Positions 47,301 through 56,324 of a stretch of 64,000 nucleotides of DNA are shown here, in pieces. How positions within the stretch are numbered: position 1 is the stretch's first letter; every line of letters begins with the position of its first letter. The notes below the pieces were generated by a model that was not told the DNA's origin, ran no database searches, and saw only the letters and a list, made by a program, of their open reading frames with translations. Position numbers and translations under genes: made by a program. This DNA comes from a virus (lineage: Duplodnaviria; Heunggongvirae; Uroviricota; Caudoviricetes): the IMG/VR virus record IMGVR_UViG_3300011865_000035; one strand, given 5' to 3'.

Positions 47301-49040
47301 ATGTCAACAATAAAAGCTGAACTTAAATTTGATGGTAAAGACACTTATTTTAATCGTTTCTTAAAAAGAAGCTCAGATGAAAATATTATTAATTATATAA
47401 ATAATGCCACAAAAGAAAACATTAATATTTTTTTAGAATATGACGATGAGAACGATTATTTATGTATGTATCCTTTATATTTTAACTTTATTATAAACTG
47501 TATTAAAAAAGATAAGAAAGATATTTTAATTGCAATCGAAAATAATGGCTTTAATGCTTTTTCAATTTCAAACCAAGAACAAAATAATGAAAATTTCTAT
47601 ACCTATTTGCTTAAAAGAAAAATGCAGCCAGCTATTTTAAAGATGTCGCCAGTGTTCAATAATTATTTAATTACACATTTAAAAAATAAATTAACATCGG
47701 AAAATGTAGATGATATAGTATCTTTAATTAAAAAGACTGAAAGAGAATTGAAATTCGCTGGAAAAAAGACCTCCGATAATTTCTTGCATTTATTAAATGA
47801 AAAAGAGTTTTATAACATACCTAAAATAAAAGAAAGAATAGTCTTTAATTCAACTTTAATTAATAATTTTTCTGCTGAAGAAATTAAACTAATATTAGAT
47901 AAAAATAATTTACATGATAATGAAAAAGTAAGAAGGAATTTGTTGAACTATTTTACGCATCATAATTTTATAAATATTGAAGAATCAGTCAATATTTTAT
48001 TTAAAAACCAGCAGGATTTTTTAGACAAAATAATTACTCCTTATTTTGCAGAAGTTTCTTATAATTTAGCTGATTATATAGTCCGTCTACCAACAGGTCA
48101 AGGATTACACATAGATAATAAAAACACAGAGCCATCGTTATTAATTAAAGCACTAAGTTTATATGCAGATAAAAATTATGTAAATTTAAAAAATTTAGGA
48201 GTGAATATAAATGAGAAAGATTTATTCCATCCTTTATTTGAATATAATAATGATATAAGTGCTATTTTTTATTCTGATAATTTGGAAAAACAAGCTGATT
48301 TGAAATATAAATTTATTCAAAATTTAATCAAGGATGTTGAGAATTTAAAATATAAAGATATGTTAAAAATTGAAAAAATAATGAATAGCACTAATTTTAT
48401 GATGTTTAATGAAAAACATTTTAGTGTTTTAACTAAATTGTTAATAAAGAAAAGAGAACAAATAAAAAAAATAAGTTTTGCTGATGTTAATAATAGAAAT
48501 GAATTATATCATGCAGGAGAATGTGTAAGACTTATATTTATTGGTTTATATAATCAATTAAAAGATAAAGGTTTTGTCGATAAAGTATTAACAGAAAATA
48601 ATAGTATACCTCATGTTTTTGCTAATTATATTGGTTTTATGGAATTTCATCGTGATTTATTGGAAAAGTCAAAAAATGAATATTTTGCAACAATAGAAAA
48701 TAGTAGTTTTTTTGGTCCTTTATATAAAAAAAATATAGCCAATATATTTAATTTTGAACTATATAAAAACAATGATTTGAATATATTACGGTTAACTATT
48801 TTTCCAAGATATAATGAAGTATTATCATGGGAAAATAATGAAAACACTTATTTTAGTGCCGGAAGTGAAAATAAGTTTTTAAAATTTATTATAGATAACA
48901 AATATGAAGAAATATTAATTGATTATATGGGAAAAGAAAATCAAAATAGAAATCAAAATGCTGTTGAAGTAGAAAAAAGATTATTACTCATACATATGAG
49001 TAATAATAAATTAGAACCTGTAAGTAAAAAAAGGTTGTGA
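47301..49040 (+). CDS. hypothetical protein, C-terminal KKRL
   Basis: 579 aa. Confidence 0.5.
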   Translation: MSTIKAELKFDGKDTYFNRFLKRSSDENIINYINNATKENINIFLEYDDENDYLCMYPLYFNFIINCIKKDKKDILIAIENNGFNAFSISNQEQNNENFYTYLLKRKMQPAILKMSPVFNNYLITHLKNKLTSENVDDIVSLIKKTERELKFAGKKTSDNFLHLLNEKEFYNIPKIKERIVFNSTLINNFSAEEIKLILDKNNLHDNEKVRRNLLNYFTHHNFINIEESVNILFKNQQDFLDKIITPYFAEVSYNLADYIVRLPTGQGLHIDNKNTEPSLLIKALSLYADKNYVNLKNLGVNINEKDLFHPLFEYNNDISAIFYSDNLEKQADLKYKFIQNLIKDVENLKYKDMLKIEKIMNSTNFMMFNEKHFSVLTKLLIKKREQIKKISFADVNNRNELYHAGECVRLIFIGLYNQLKDKGFVDKVLTENNSIPHVFANYIGFMEFHRDLLEKSKNEYFATIENSSFFGPLYKKNIANIFNFELYKNNDLNILRLTIFPRYNEVLSWENNENTYFSAGSENKFLKFIIDNKYEEILIDYMGKENQNRNQNAVEVEKRLLLIHMSNNKLEPVSKKRL

Positions 49041-49055
49041 TTTTTTAATTAATAA

Positions 49056-49084
49056 TAAAAAAGAGGGATTCCCCTCTTTTTTAA
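49056..49084. terminator. bidirectional rho-independent terminator
   Basis: aaaaaagaggg-att-cccctctttttt. Confidence 0.7.
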
Positions 49085-49842
49085 ATTCTTCTTTTAACTA
49101 TTGAGTTTTCTTTAATATTACTAGCTAATATCGATTCTAATGCTTTCTTTTGATAAGCAGCTTCTTCTACTGTAAAACGATTATACCAGTTTTTAGGCAT
49201 TCTATGTATTTCTTTTATTTCGCTAACCTGACAGCCTAATTTAACTAATGACATAATGAATTTTTCTTTATCATCATAATTCATTACCCATTTATCTACT
49301 TTTAGAATATGATCAATAATATTATAGCCTTTATTATCTTTTTGATTGATTTCGTATCCTTTTTGCATAAGGAATTCTAGTTTTTTCGTGCTATGATTTT
49401 TCTCATGAATAGCTAATGCAAATAGAGCATTTTGACCTTGTGGGTTTAAATATTCTAAATTTAGTTGATTAAAATCTAATACTTTTAAAAGTTTTATTGA
49501 AGAATATTTTATGAGATTATTACCTTCTTCATCGGTGAAATTATATGAAAGAAAACCACTATTTAATAATGTTACGATGTGTTTTTCGTTTTTTGCAGTC
49601 ATAGCTAATGATTTACCATTACCTGTGACTGTATTTAAATCATCAATATAATGCCTGTTCATTAAAAAAGTAATGTCATCAATTAATGATTCAGAATTTT
49701 TTGTATTATTGAGAAAACGATCAAATAATTGAAAAACTTTATGTGGATTATTTTTAAATGACAATCTTGGGATATTTAATAGCTCTTCTCTGTTATAATG
49801 TTCAATTCTTTTAAAGAAAGATACTTTTTCAGTGTTAGACAT
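49081..49842 (-). CDS. ankyrin-repeat protein, C-terminal KRRI
   Basis: 253 aa. The ANK units are 'GNGKSLAMTA..LLNSGF', 'NPQGQNALFALA', 'LMQKGYEINQKDNKGYNIIDHIL'. Confidence 0.65.
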   Translation of the reverse strand: MSNTEKVSFFKRIEHYNREELLNIPRLSFKNNPHKVFQLFDRFLNNTKNSESLIDDITFLMNRHYIDDLNTVTGNGKSLAMTAKNEKHIVTLLNSGFLSYNFTDEEGNNLIKYSSIKLLKVLDFNQLNLEYLNPQGQNALFALAIHEKNHSTKKLEFLMQKGYEINQKDNKGYNIIDHILKVDKWVMNYDDKEKFIMSLVKLGCQVSEIKEIHRMPKNWYNRFTVEEAAYQKKALESILASNIKENSIVKRRI

Positions 49843-49888
49843 TTTATTCTCTTTATTTAGTTAATATATTTAGTATACATTAATATAA

Positions 49889-49922
49889 AGAAAAATAAAC
49901 AGGATAGCATGGCTATCCTGTT
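49889..49922 (-). terminator. rho-independent terminator of small basic-protein gene
   Basis: aacaggatagc-atg-gctatcctgtt followed on the minus strand by a T-run. Confidence 0.65.
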
Positions 49923-49937
49923 ATCAAGTATGTAATT

Positions 49938-50039
49938 TTATTTTTTAACATTCTTTTTGTGTTCATTAGAATCTTTTTTATTAGATCCTTGTTTACCATT
50001 TTTATTATGGTTGTTTTGATTGTTATTTTGATTAGTCAT
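49938..50039 (-). CDS. small highly basic N/K/Q-rich protein (33 aa)
   Basis: MTNQNNNQNNHNKNGKQGSNKKDSNEHKKNVKK. It has a strong SD GGAGGTG at 5 nt spacing and its own perfect terminator. It is absent from the ORF track because it is under 60 aa. Confidence 0.35.
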   Translation of the reverse strand: MTNQNNNQNNHNKNGKQGSNKKDSNEHKKNVKK

Positions 50040-50255
50040 AATGCACCTCCGAAAGGATATAATATAATAAGTAGATTTTGTTTTTATTGTTGCTATTGGT
50101 TGTTATAGTAATCAAGTATCAGAAATAAACAAGCGAAAAGTAAAGACTTCATTAAAACTGCATATTTATAAAATAATATTTTTGAAAATATTGATTATTA
50201 TAAAATAAATGATAAATTTTGAAAATAAATAAATTAAATAATACGGAGATAAAAT

Positions 50256-50798
50256 ATGAAAAAAATAATTCCTTTGTTGCTAGTCGTTCCTTTTTTAAGT
50301 CAAGCTGAAGATATGAAAAAAGAAGTAAATGCTCCGACAGGTGCATTTGGTATAGAATTTGGGCAAAAGTTGTCAACATTGAAAGTTTTGAATAAGGGTG
50401 AGTTAACTAGTGGTGAAGCAATTTATCAAGTTCAATCACCGAACCCTTTAAAAGGAAAATTAGACCAATATTTTGTATTAATAACCCCGAAAAGACAAAA
50501 AGTTCATACTATATGGGGAAATAAAGAGTATGAAGGTTTTAGTAAACAAAAATGCGAAGCAGAAAAAAGTGATATTGTATCAATATTAGAAAATAAATAT
50601 GGAGAGTCTAAACCTGTTAGAGAAATAAATATTGATAATGATAGAATGTTTGAAGTAAAGAATGTTAATATTTTTACTGTATGTCAAGGTATGGGAAGCA
50701 CATTAAGTATTAGATATATAAACAATGAATTTTCAGATCTAGCGGATCAAGAAAAAAAAGAAAGTGTTATAGAAAAAACAGATGCTAGTATGTTATAA
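50256..50798 (+). CDS. secreted hypothetical protein
   Basis: Signal peptide MKKIIPLLLVVPFLSQA, 180 aa, SD ACGGAGA. Confidence 0.5.
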   Translation: MKKIIPLLLVVPFLSQAEDMKKEVNAPTGAFGIEFGQKLSTLKVLNKGELTSGEAIYQVQSPNPLKGKLDQYFVLITPKRQKVHTIWGNKEYEGFSKQKCEAEKSDIVSILENKYGESKPVREINIDNDRMFEVKNVNIFTVCQGMGSTLSIRYINNEFSDLADQEKKESVIEKTDASML

Positions 50799-50800
50799 TT

Positions 50801-51976
50801 TTGACTATAAGGAACAAATTTCAAAGAATCAATTTGTTCCTTTTATTTTTAATTAGGAGAAATATGTTTTTTTTATATACGACAACACTCTGCATATACT
50901 TATTATTTAGAACCGTACTGTTTTTATCAATACCAATTTATGCAAAAATAATTTTAGGTATCTTTATTATACTTGGAACAAACTTTCATTTTATATCAAA
51001 GCAAATAAGTGGAATGCTTGTTGCTGATTATCCAAAATTAATATTATATTCATGGGAGTTTTTATTTGCTTTTTGTGTAGTTTTATTTTTAATAACATTA
51101 TCATTAGATATTGTTAGAGTAATTTCACTGTTACCATTTTTAAAATCAATAAATGTATTGTTAATTTCTAATAACACAACATTTATCTCACTTGGTCTTT
51201 CCTTTATTTTAGCAATTTATGGATTATATCAAGGAAACAGGGTCCCAGATATTAAGGCTCAAAATATTTATATTGAAAATTGGCCTAAAGAATTGAATGG
51301 ATTTAAGGTTATTCAATTAACAGATCTACATGTTAGTAACTTATTAACTAAAAAATGGTTAAATAAGGTTGTGAATAAATCAAATGAAGAAAATCCTGAT
51401 TTAATAGTAATCACTGGTGATTTAACAGATGGATATCCAGAGAATTATAAAAATAATTTATTACCATTAAAGAACTTAAAAGCGAAATATGGAGTTTTTG
51501 GTTCACAAGGTAATCATGAATATTATTTTGATTTTAACGGTTGGAATAAAGAATATAAATTAAATAATGTGGAAATGTTAAATAATAGTCATGTATCAAT
51601 TGATAATAAATTTATTTTAGCTGGAGTTACTGATCCTGTTGCCAAACAATTCGGTCTTGAACCACCTGATATAGAAAAAGCATTATTAAATACTAATAAA
51701 GATTTACCTATAATCTTATTAGATCACAGACCAACAAATGTAGAAATAAATGAAAAAAATGGAGTTGATTTGCAATTATCAGGTCATACTCATGGTGGCA
51801 TGATGCCTTTATTAGCCCAAGTCGTAAAAAAAATGAATAAAGGATTTAATTCTGGATATTATCAAATAGGTAATTTGCAGTTGTATCTTAGTAATGGGAC
51901 TGGAATATGGAATGGTTTTCCTATAAGATTGGGATATAATTCAGAAATAACATTAATAAAAATTTACAGGAGATAA
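50801..51976 (+). CDS. membrane-anchored calcineurin-like metallophosphoesterase
   Basis: 4-5 N-terminal TM helices. The metallophosphoesterase motifs are 'IQLTDLHVS' (DxH), 'VITGDLTDG' (GDxxD), 'GNHEY' and 'GHTHGG'. Confidence 0.7.
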   Translation: MTIRNKFQRINLFLLFLIRRNMFFLYTTTLCIYLLFRTVLFLSIPIYAKIILGIFIILGTNFHFISKQISGMLVADYPKLILYSWEFLFAFCVVLFLITLSLDIVRVISLLPFLKSINVLLISNNTTFISLGLSFILAIYGLYQGNRVPDIKAQNIYIENWPKELNGFKVIQLTDLHVSNLLTKKWLNKVVNKSNEENPDLIVITGDLTDGYPENYKNNLLPLKNLKAKYGVFGSQGNHEYYFDFNGWNKEYKLNNVEMLNNSHVSIDNKFILAGVTDPVAKQFGLEPPDIEKALLNTNKDLPIILLDHRPTNVEINEKNGVDLQLSGHTHGGMMPLLAQVVKKMNKGFNSGYYQIGNLQLYLSNGTGIWNGFPIRLGYNSEITLIKIYRR

Positions 51977-51978
51977 AA

Positions 51979-52003
51979 TAAAGCCTCTATGAGGCTTTAT
52001 TAT
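51979..52003. terminator. bidirectional rho-independent terminator
   Basis: aaagcctc-tat-gaggcttt followed by attatt. Confidence 0.6.
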
Positions 52004-52343
52004 TGTTGTGTTCTGGTATTAATGATAAAAGACCAATTAACATAGCTTCTATCTTAGGATCATTTTGATAATGAATATAAACTTCTTCTAATTTAGGTTG
52101 CCATGCAGTCAGTAAATCTTTTAGAGCATAGGTACTTCTCAACAACGAAACAGCCTCTCTTAAGGATAAATCAACTAAATTAGCATTGATTAACATTTTA
52201 TTTAAAGAATGGTAATCTTTATTCATAATATAAACAACACTTTTTTTCATAATTAATCTGGACTTTTCTCTTTCGTTCATTAATTCATTCCTTTGGTTAT
52301 TATTTTTATATTCTATCATATTTTTTAATCTCTTAAATAACAA
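51987..52343 (-). CDS. hypothetical protein
   Basis: 118 aa. It overlaps the upstream gene by 11 nt. Confidence 0.4.
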   Translation of the reverse strand: MLFKRLKNMIEYKNNNQRNELMNEREKSRLIMKKSVVYIMNKDYHSLNKMLINANLVDLSLREAVSLLRSTYALKDLLTAWQPKLEEVYIHYQNDPKIEAMLIGLLSLIPEHNNNKAS

Positions 52344-52812
52344 TGGTCAAATAATTACCAAAAGAAGAACAATTAGAGCTTTTCGCATCTGTATTATTAA
52401 GGCTAACATTATATTTATTTTTCAATTGAGTTACAAAATTTTGGCATACACTTTTAGACATCGAAGTGATATTTAATGACTGAATATTATTCTTGTTTTG
52501 CATAAAAATATGAGTGTTAGATAAACTAATAAAATGATCATCGACATTACTATTTTTGCTAATCATAAATCCCGAAGTTAATGGTATGATATTTTCCTGC
52601 ATTGCTGTATCGATATTAAAATTATGCTGTAAAACGGTTTGTTTGGTATGAATATTATCAATAAAAGAATTAATCCAAGAAATATCTTTATTGATTTGAT
52701 TTTGAGTAGCCGGTCGGTTTAAAGAATAACCATAAATAATAATACTGACAATAAAAGCAAAAAATAAAAAAAGATCTTTGTGTTCTTTAATAAATTTTTG
52801 AATAGATTTCAT
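52333..52812 (-). CDS. membrane-anchored/secreted hypothetical protein
   Basis: 159 aa with an N-terminal hydrophobic anchor LFLFFAFIVSIIIYGYSL. Confidence 0.45.
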   Translation of the reverse strand: MKSIQKFIKEHKDLFLFFAFIVSIIIYGYSLNRPATQNQINKDISWINSFIDNIHTKQTVLQHNFNIDTAMQENIIPLTSGFMISKNSNVDDHFISLSNTHIFMQNKNNIQSLNITSMSKSVCQNFVTQLKNKYNVSLNNTDAKSSNCSSFGNYLTIVI

Positions 52813-53001
52813 AATATATTCCCGTTTGTTAAATGTAATTGCTTATATTACCATTTGAAAAAACGGAATTCAATCTATTTTTATTAATTAAACAATACTT
52901 TTATATTATTGTTGAAAAAATTTTGTTCAAATTCAAAGCTAAAATTTGAAATAATAAAATTAATACAGTATGTTTTTATAAAATAAAATCAGGAGAAAAT
53001 C

Positions 53002-53571
53002 ATGAAATTATTTAAAATAAGATCTAATACAAAAGACTATGCAAGTTTTTTACAAAAAAATTATACAACTTACTACGAAAGCATAAAATACAAAGCATTA
53101 CATGAACAAAAATGGCAACCATTTGATATTGAAAAATATATAATTCCAGAGTTCGAAATATTGACAAGTGATACAGGGAAAAGAAATTTCCAATTTGATT
53201 TTTCTTCTCACCCTTCACCATTTTATATTTTTAGTGAAAATGCAGTTGAAGCTTTAAAAGACATACTTGAACCAAGGGGGAAATTTCTACCTATAAAGAC
53301 TCCAAGTAAAAGAAAAAAATTTATTGGTTATTATCCCACTAATGCAATTAAGGGATTGGTTGATTTGGAAAAATCAGGTATTTATGATTTAAGTTTAAAT
53401 TTTGAGACTGATAATTTAAAATTTAGAGAAAACATTGCAATTGATGAATATATGTTTTGTATTTCAGAAAGTAGAAATTGTATTCTTTTTACTGAAAAAT
53501 TCAAAGAAAGAGTTGAAGAAACAAAACTAAACAGTTTTTCTTTTTTATCTGTAGATGTGGATTTTGTTTAA
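53002..53571 (+). CDS. paralog A of tandem 190-aa family (immunity-protein-like)
   Basis: The shared core is 'KA(L/M)HEQKW(Q/K)PF...PEFE...SDTGK(R/K)NFQ(F/H)D...SPF(Y/F)(I/V)FSENA(V/I)EALKDILEPRG(K/Q)FLPI(K/I)TPSKRKKFIGYYPTN'. There is no signal peptide. Confidence 0.55.
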   Translation: MKLFKIRSNTKDYASFLQKNYTTYYESIKYKALHEQKWQPFDIEKYIIPEFEILTSDTGKRNFQFDFSSHPSPFYIFSENAVEALKDILEPRGKFLPIKTPSKRKKFIGYYPTNAIKGLVDLEKSGIYDLSLNFETDNLKFRENIAIDEYMFCISESRNCILFTEKFKERVEETKLNSFSFLSVDVDFV

Positions 53572-53584
53572 AGAGAAATAAACA

Positions 53585-54178
53585 ATGAGAAAAGTAATGC
53601 TATATACAATACAAGGAAATACAAAAGATTATTCGGATTTTTTGGAAATAAATTATTGTAATGTGGAAAAGTGCATTCAAGTAAAAGCAATGCACGAACA
53701 AAATTGGAAACCTTTTGATATGGAAAAGTTTGTAATTCCAGAATTCGAATTGGCTAGGAGTGATACAGGTAAAAAAAATTTCCAGCATGATATTTCTACT
53801 CATGAAAGTCCATTTTATATCTTTAGCAAAAATGCAGTTGAAGCTTTAAAAGATATACTCGAACCACGAGGACAATTCTTACCTATAAAAACTCCAAGTA
53901 AAAGAAAAAAATTTATAGGTTATTATCCAACAAATCCATTAATTAATGCAATAGATATAGAAAAATCTGGAATGAAAGATTATAACTACAAAGTATTAGG
54001 TATAAAAAAAGAGAGTCTTCATTTTAAGAAAGGGATAGTATTAGATGAATATCTTTTCAGTTTATCAGAAGACAGGCGTTATGTTTTTGTTACTGAAAAA
54101 TTCAGACAACGTGTGGAAGAAGCTGAATTAAAAGGATTTGATTTTGAAGGTAGAGACTTTATAGTTACGGTGGATTAA
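53585..54178 (+). CDS. paralog B of tandem family
   Basis: About 85% identical to 54769..55362. Confidence 0.55.
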   Translation: MRKVMLYTIQGNTKDYSDFLEINYCNVEKCIQVKAMHEQNWKPFDMEKFVIPEFELARSDTGKKNFQHDISTHESPFYIFSKNAVEALKDILEPRGQFLPIKTPSKRKKFIGYYPTNPLINAIDIEKSGMKDYNYKVLGIKKESLHFKKGIVLDEYLFSLSEDRRYVFVTEKFRQRVEEAELKGFDFEGRDFIVTVD

Positions 54179-54760
54179 ATGAAAATAAAATTATTCGAAT
54201 TAGAAAGTAATAGTGGGAATTATTCTAGTTTTTTGCAAACCAACTGGAATAAATATTATGAAACCATACAATATAAAGCCATGCATGAACAAAAATGGAA
54301 ACCCTTTAATTTAGATACTTATATTACTCCAGAGTTTGAAGTAGAAAGTAGTGATACAGGAAAAAAAAACTTTCAACATGATATATCTTCAAATGCTAGT
54401 CCTTTTTTTGTTTTCAGTGAAAATGCAATTGAAGCTTTAAAAGATATACTTGAACCTAGAGGACAATTTTTACCAATAATAACTCCAAGTAAAAGAAAAA
54501 AATTTATTGGTTATTATCCAACTAATGTTATTAATGGATTAGTTGATTTACAAAAATCAGGTAATGATGATTTAGATAGACCATTTACAACAAAAAATTT
54601 ATTCTTTAAAAAAGAAGTTGTATTTGATGATTATCTTTTTTGTATTGGCGAAAGTAGAGGTTGTGTATTAATTACTGAAAAATTTAAAAAGAGAGTTGAA
54701 GATGCTGGTTTAAAAGGTTTTGATTTTGTTTATTCTAAAATTACTGCAAAAATAGAATGA
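54179..54760 (+). CDS. paralog A' of tandem family
   Basis: Closest to 53002..53571. Its start abuts the upstream stop. Confidence 0.55.
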   Translation: MKIKLFELESNSGNYSSFLQTNWNKYYETIQYKAMHEQKWKPFNLDTYITPEFEVESSDTGKKNFQHDISSNASPFFVFSENAIEALKDILEPRGQFLPIITPSKRKKFIGYYPTNVINGLVDLQKSGNDDLDRPFTTKNLFFKKEVVFDDYLFCIGESRGCVLITEKFKKRVEDAGLKGFDFVYSKITAKIE

Positions 54761-54768
54761 AATAAATA

Positions 54769-55362
54769 ATGAAAAAAGTAAAACTATATAGAATAGAAGC
54801 AAATACAAAAGATTATTCTGGTTTTCTGGAAATTAATTATGGTAACGTAAAAAAAAGTATACAAGTAAAAGCTATGCATGAACAAAATTGGAAGCCTTTT
54901 AATTTTAATAGATATGTTGTACCTGAATTTGAACTTATAAGTAGCGATACAGGAAAAAAGAACTTTCAGCATGATATTTCTACTGATGTAAGCCCATTTT
55001 ATATATTTAGTGAATATGCAGTTGAAGCTTTACAAGATATTCTTGAACCAAGAGGACAATTTTTACTGATAAAGACTCCGAGCAAAAGAAAAAAATTCAT
55101 AGGTTATTATCCAACAAACCCATTAATTAATGCAGTTGATATAGAAAAATCAGGTATGAAAAATTATGACTATAAGACTATGGGCATAAAAAGGGATGAT
55201 ATTCACTTTAAAAAAGGAACAATTTTAGATGACTATCTTTTTAGTTTATCAGAAGACAGGCGTTATGTTTTTATTACTGAAAAATTCAGGCAACGTGTAG
55301 AAGAAGCTGGATTAAAAGGGTTTGATTTTGAAGGTAGAGACTTTATAGTTACGGTGGATTAG
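54769..55362 (+). CDS. paralog B' of tandem family
   Basis: About 85% identical to 53585..54178, including the identical C-terminus 'GFDFEGRDFIVTVD'. Confidence 0.55.
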   Translation: MKKVKLYRIEANTKDYSGFLEINYGNVKKSIQVKAMHEQNWKPFNFNRYVVPEFELISSDTGKKNFQHDISTDVSPFYIFSEYAVEALQDILEPRGQFLLIKTPSKRKKFIGYYPTNPLINAVDIEKSGMKNYDYKTMGIKRDDIHFKKGTILDDYLFSLSEDRRYVFITEKFRQRVEEAGLKGFDFEGRDFIVTVD

Positions 55363-55482
55363 AATATTCCCGGACAAATTTTAAACATATGAAACTAAAT
55401 TTTATTATTTTAATTTGGTAAATAAGGTGTTGCATTTTTGTTCGACTATATGGTACTATTTATTTAATGAAGTTATTAAATA

Positions 55483-56274
55483 ATGTCGAGGAATAAAATG
55501 AATGCTATCGTAGATTACCAAACATACACTAATGAAATGCTGAAAGGCATTGAAGATAAGCTCTTTTTTATGGATAAAATTAAGTTTTCGACCTTATTAG
55601 ATTATGGTTGTGCCGATGGCGCTTTAATTGAAATAATGAAAGATTTTTATCCTCATAAAAAATATGTAGGTTATGATTTTAACCCAAATATGATTCGCAG
55701 AGCGAATGCAAAAAAAATCGATAATGCTCATTTCTTTGATAAAATTGAAGAAGCAAATATTGAAATGGAAAAAGAACATGGAAAAAAAGCAGTATTATCC
55801 AGTTCTCTTATTCATGAAGTATATTCATATTGTACAGAAGAACAAATCAATATTTTTTGGCAAAACATTTTCTCTGGTAATTATGATTATGTGATTATTC
55901 GAGATATGGCATTATCTAAAAGTAATGTGAATAAATATAAATTTGCTAAAAAAGAAGATATTTATTTAGTTAAAAAATATGCGAATCATCAACAGTTAGA
56001 ACAATTTGAAAAAATTTGGGGAAGTATTACATATCAATGCAATCTTGTCCATTTCTTAATGAAATATCGATATATCAATAACTGGAGCCGAGAAGTAGAG
56101 GAAAACTATTTTCCTATTTATTTTGAAGATTATCTGGATAAGATTCCTGATAATTATGAAATTGAATTGCTGGAACATTACACTCTACCATTCCATAAAG
56201 ATATTATTTATAAAGATTTTGGCATTAATTTTGAAGAAAAAACTCATTTGAAATTAATTTTGAAAAAAGTTTAA
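55483..56274 (+). CDS. class I SAM-dependent methyltransferase
   Basis: Motif I is 'LLDYGCADGALIE'. Motif II acidic residue is in 'YVGYDFNP'. 263 aa. Confidence 0.6.
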   Translation: MSRNKMNAIVDYQTYTNEMLKGIEDKLFFMDKIKFSTLLDYGCADGALIEIMKDFYPHKKYVGYDFNPNMIRRANAKKIDNAHFFDKIEEANIEMEKEHGKKAVLSSSLIHEVYSYCTEEQINIFWQNIFSGNYDYVIIRDMALSKSNVNKYKFAKKEDIYLVKKYANHQQLEQFEKIWGSITYQCNLVHFLMKYRYINNWSREVEENYFPIYFEDYLDKIPDNYEIELLEHYTLPFHKDIIYKDFGINFEEKTHLKLILKKV

Positions 56275-56297
56275 ACAATAAAATAGAATAAAATAAA

Positions 56298-56322
56298 GAA
56301 GAGAGCTATTAGCTCTCTTTTT
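56298..56322. terminator. bidirectional rho-independent terminator
   Basis: aagagagct-att-agctctctttttg. Confidence 0.7.
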
Positions 56323-56324
56323 GT

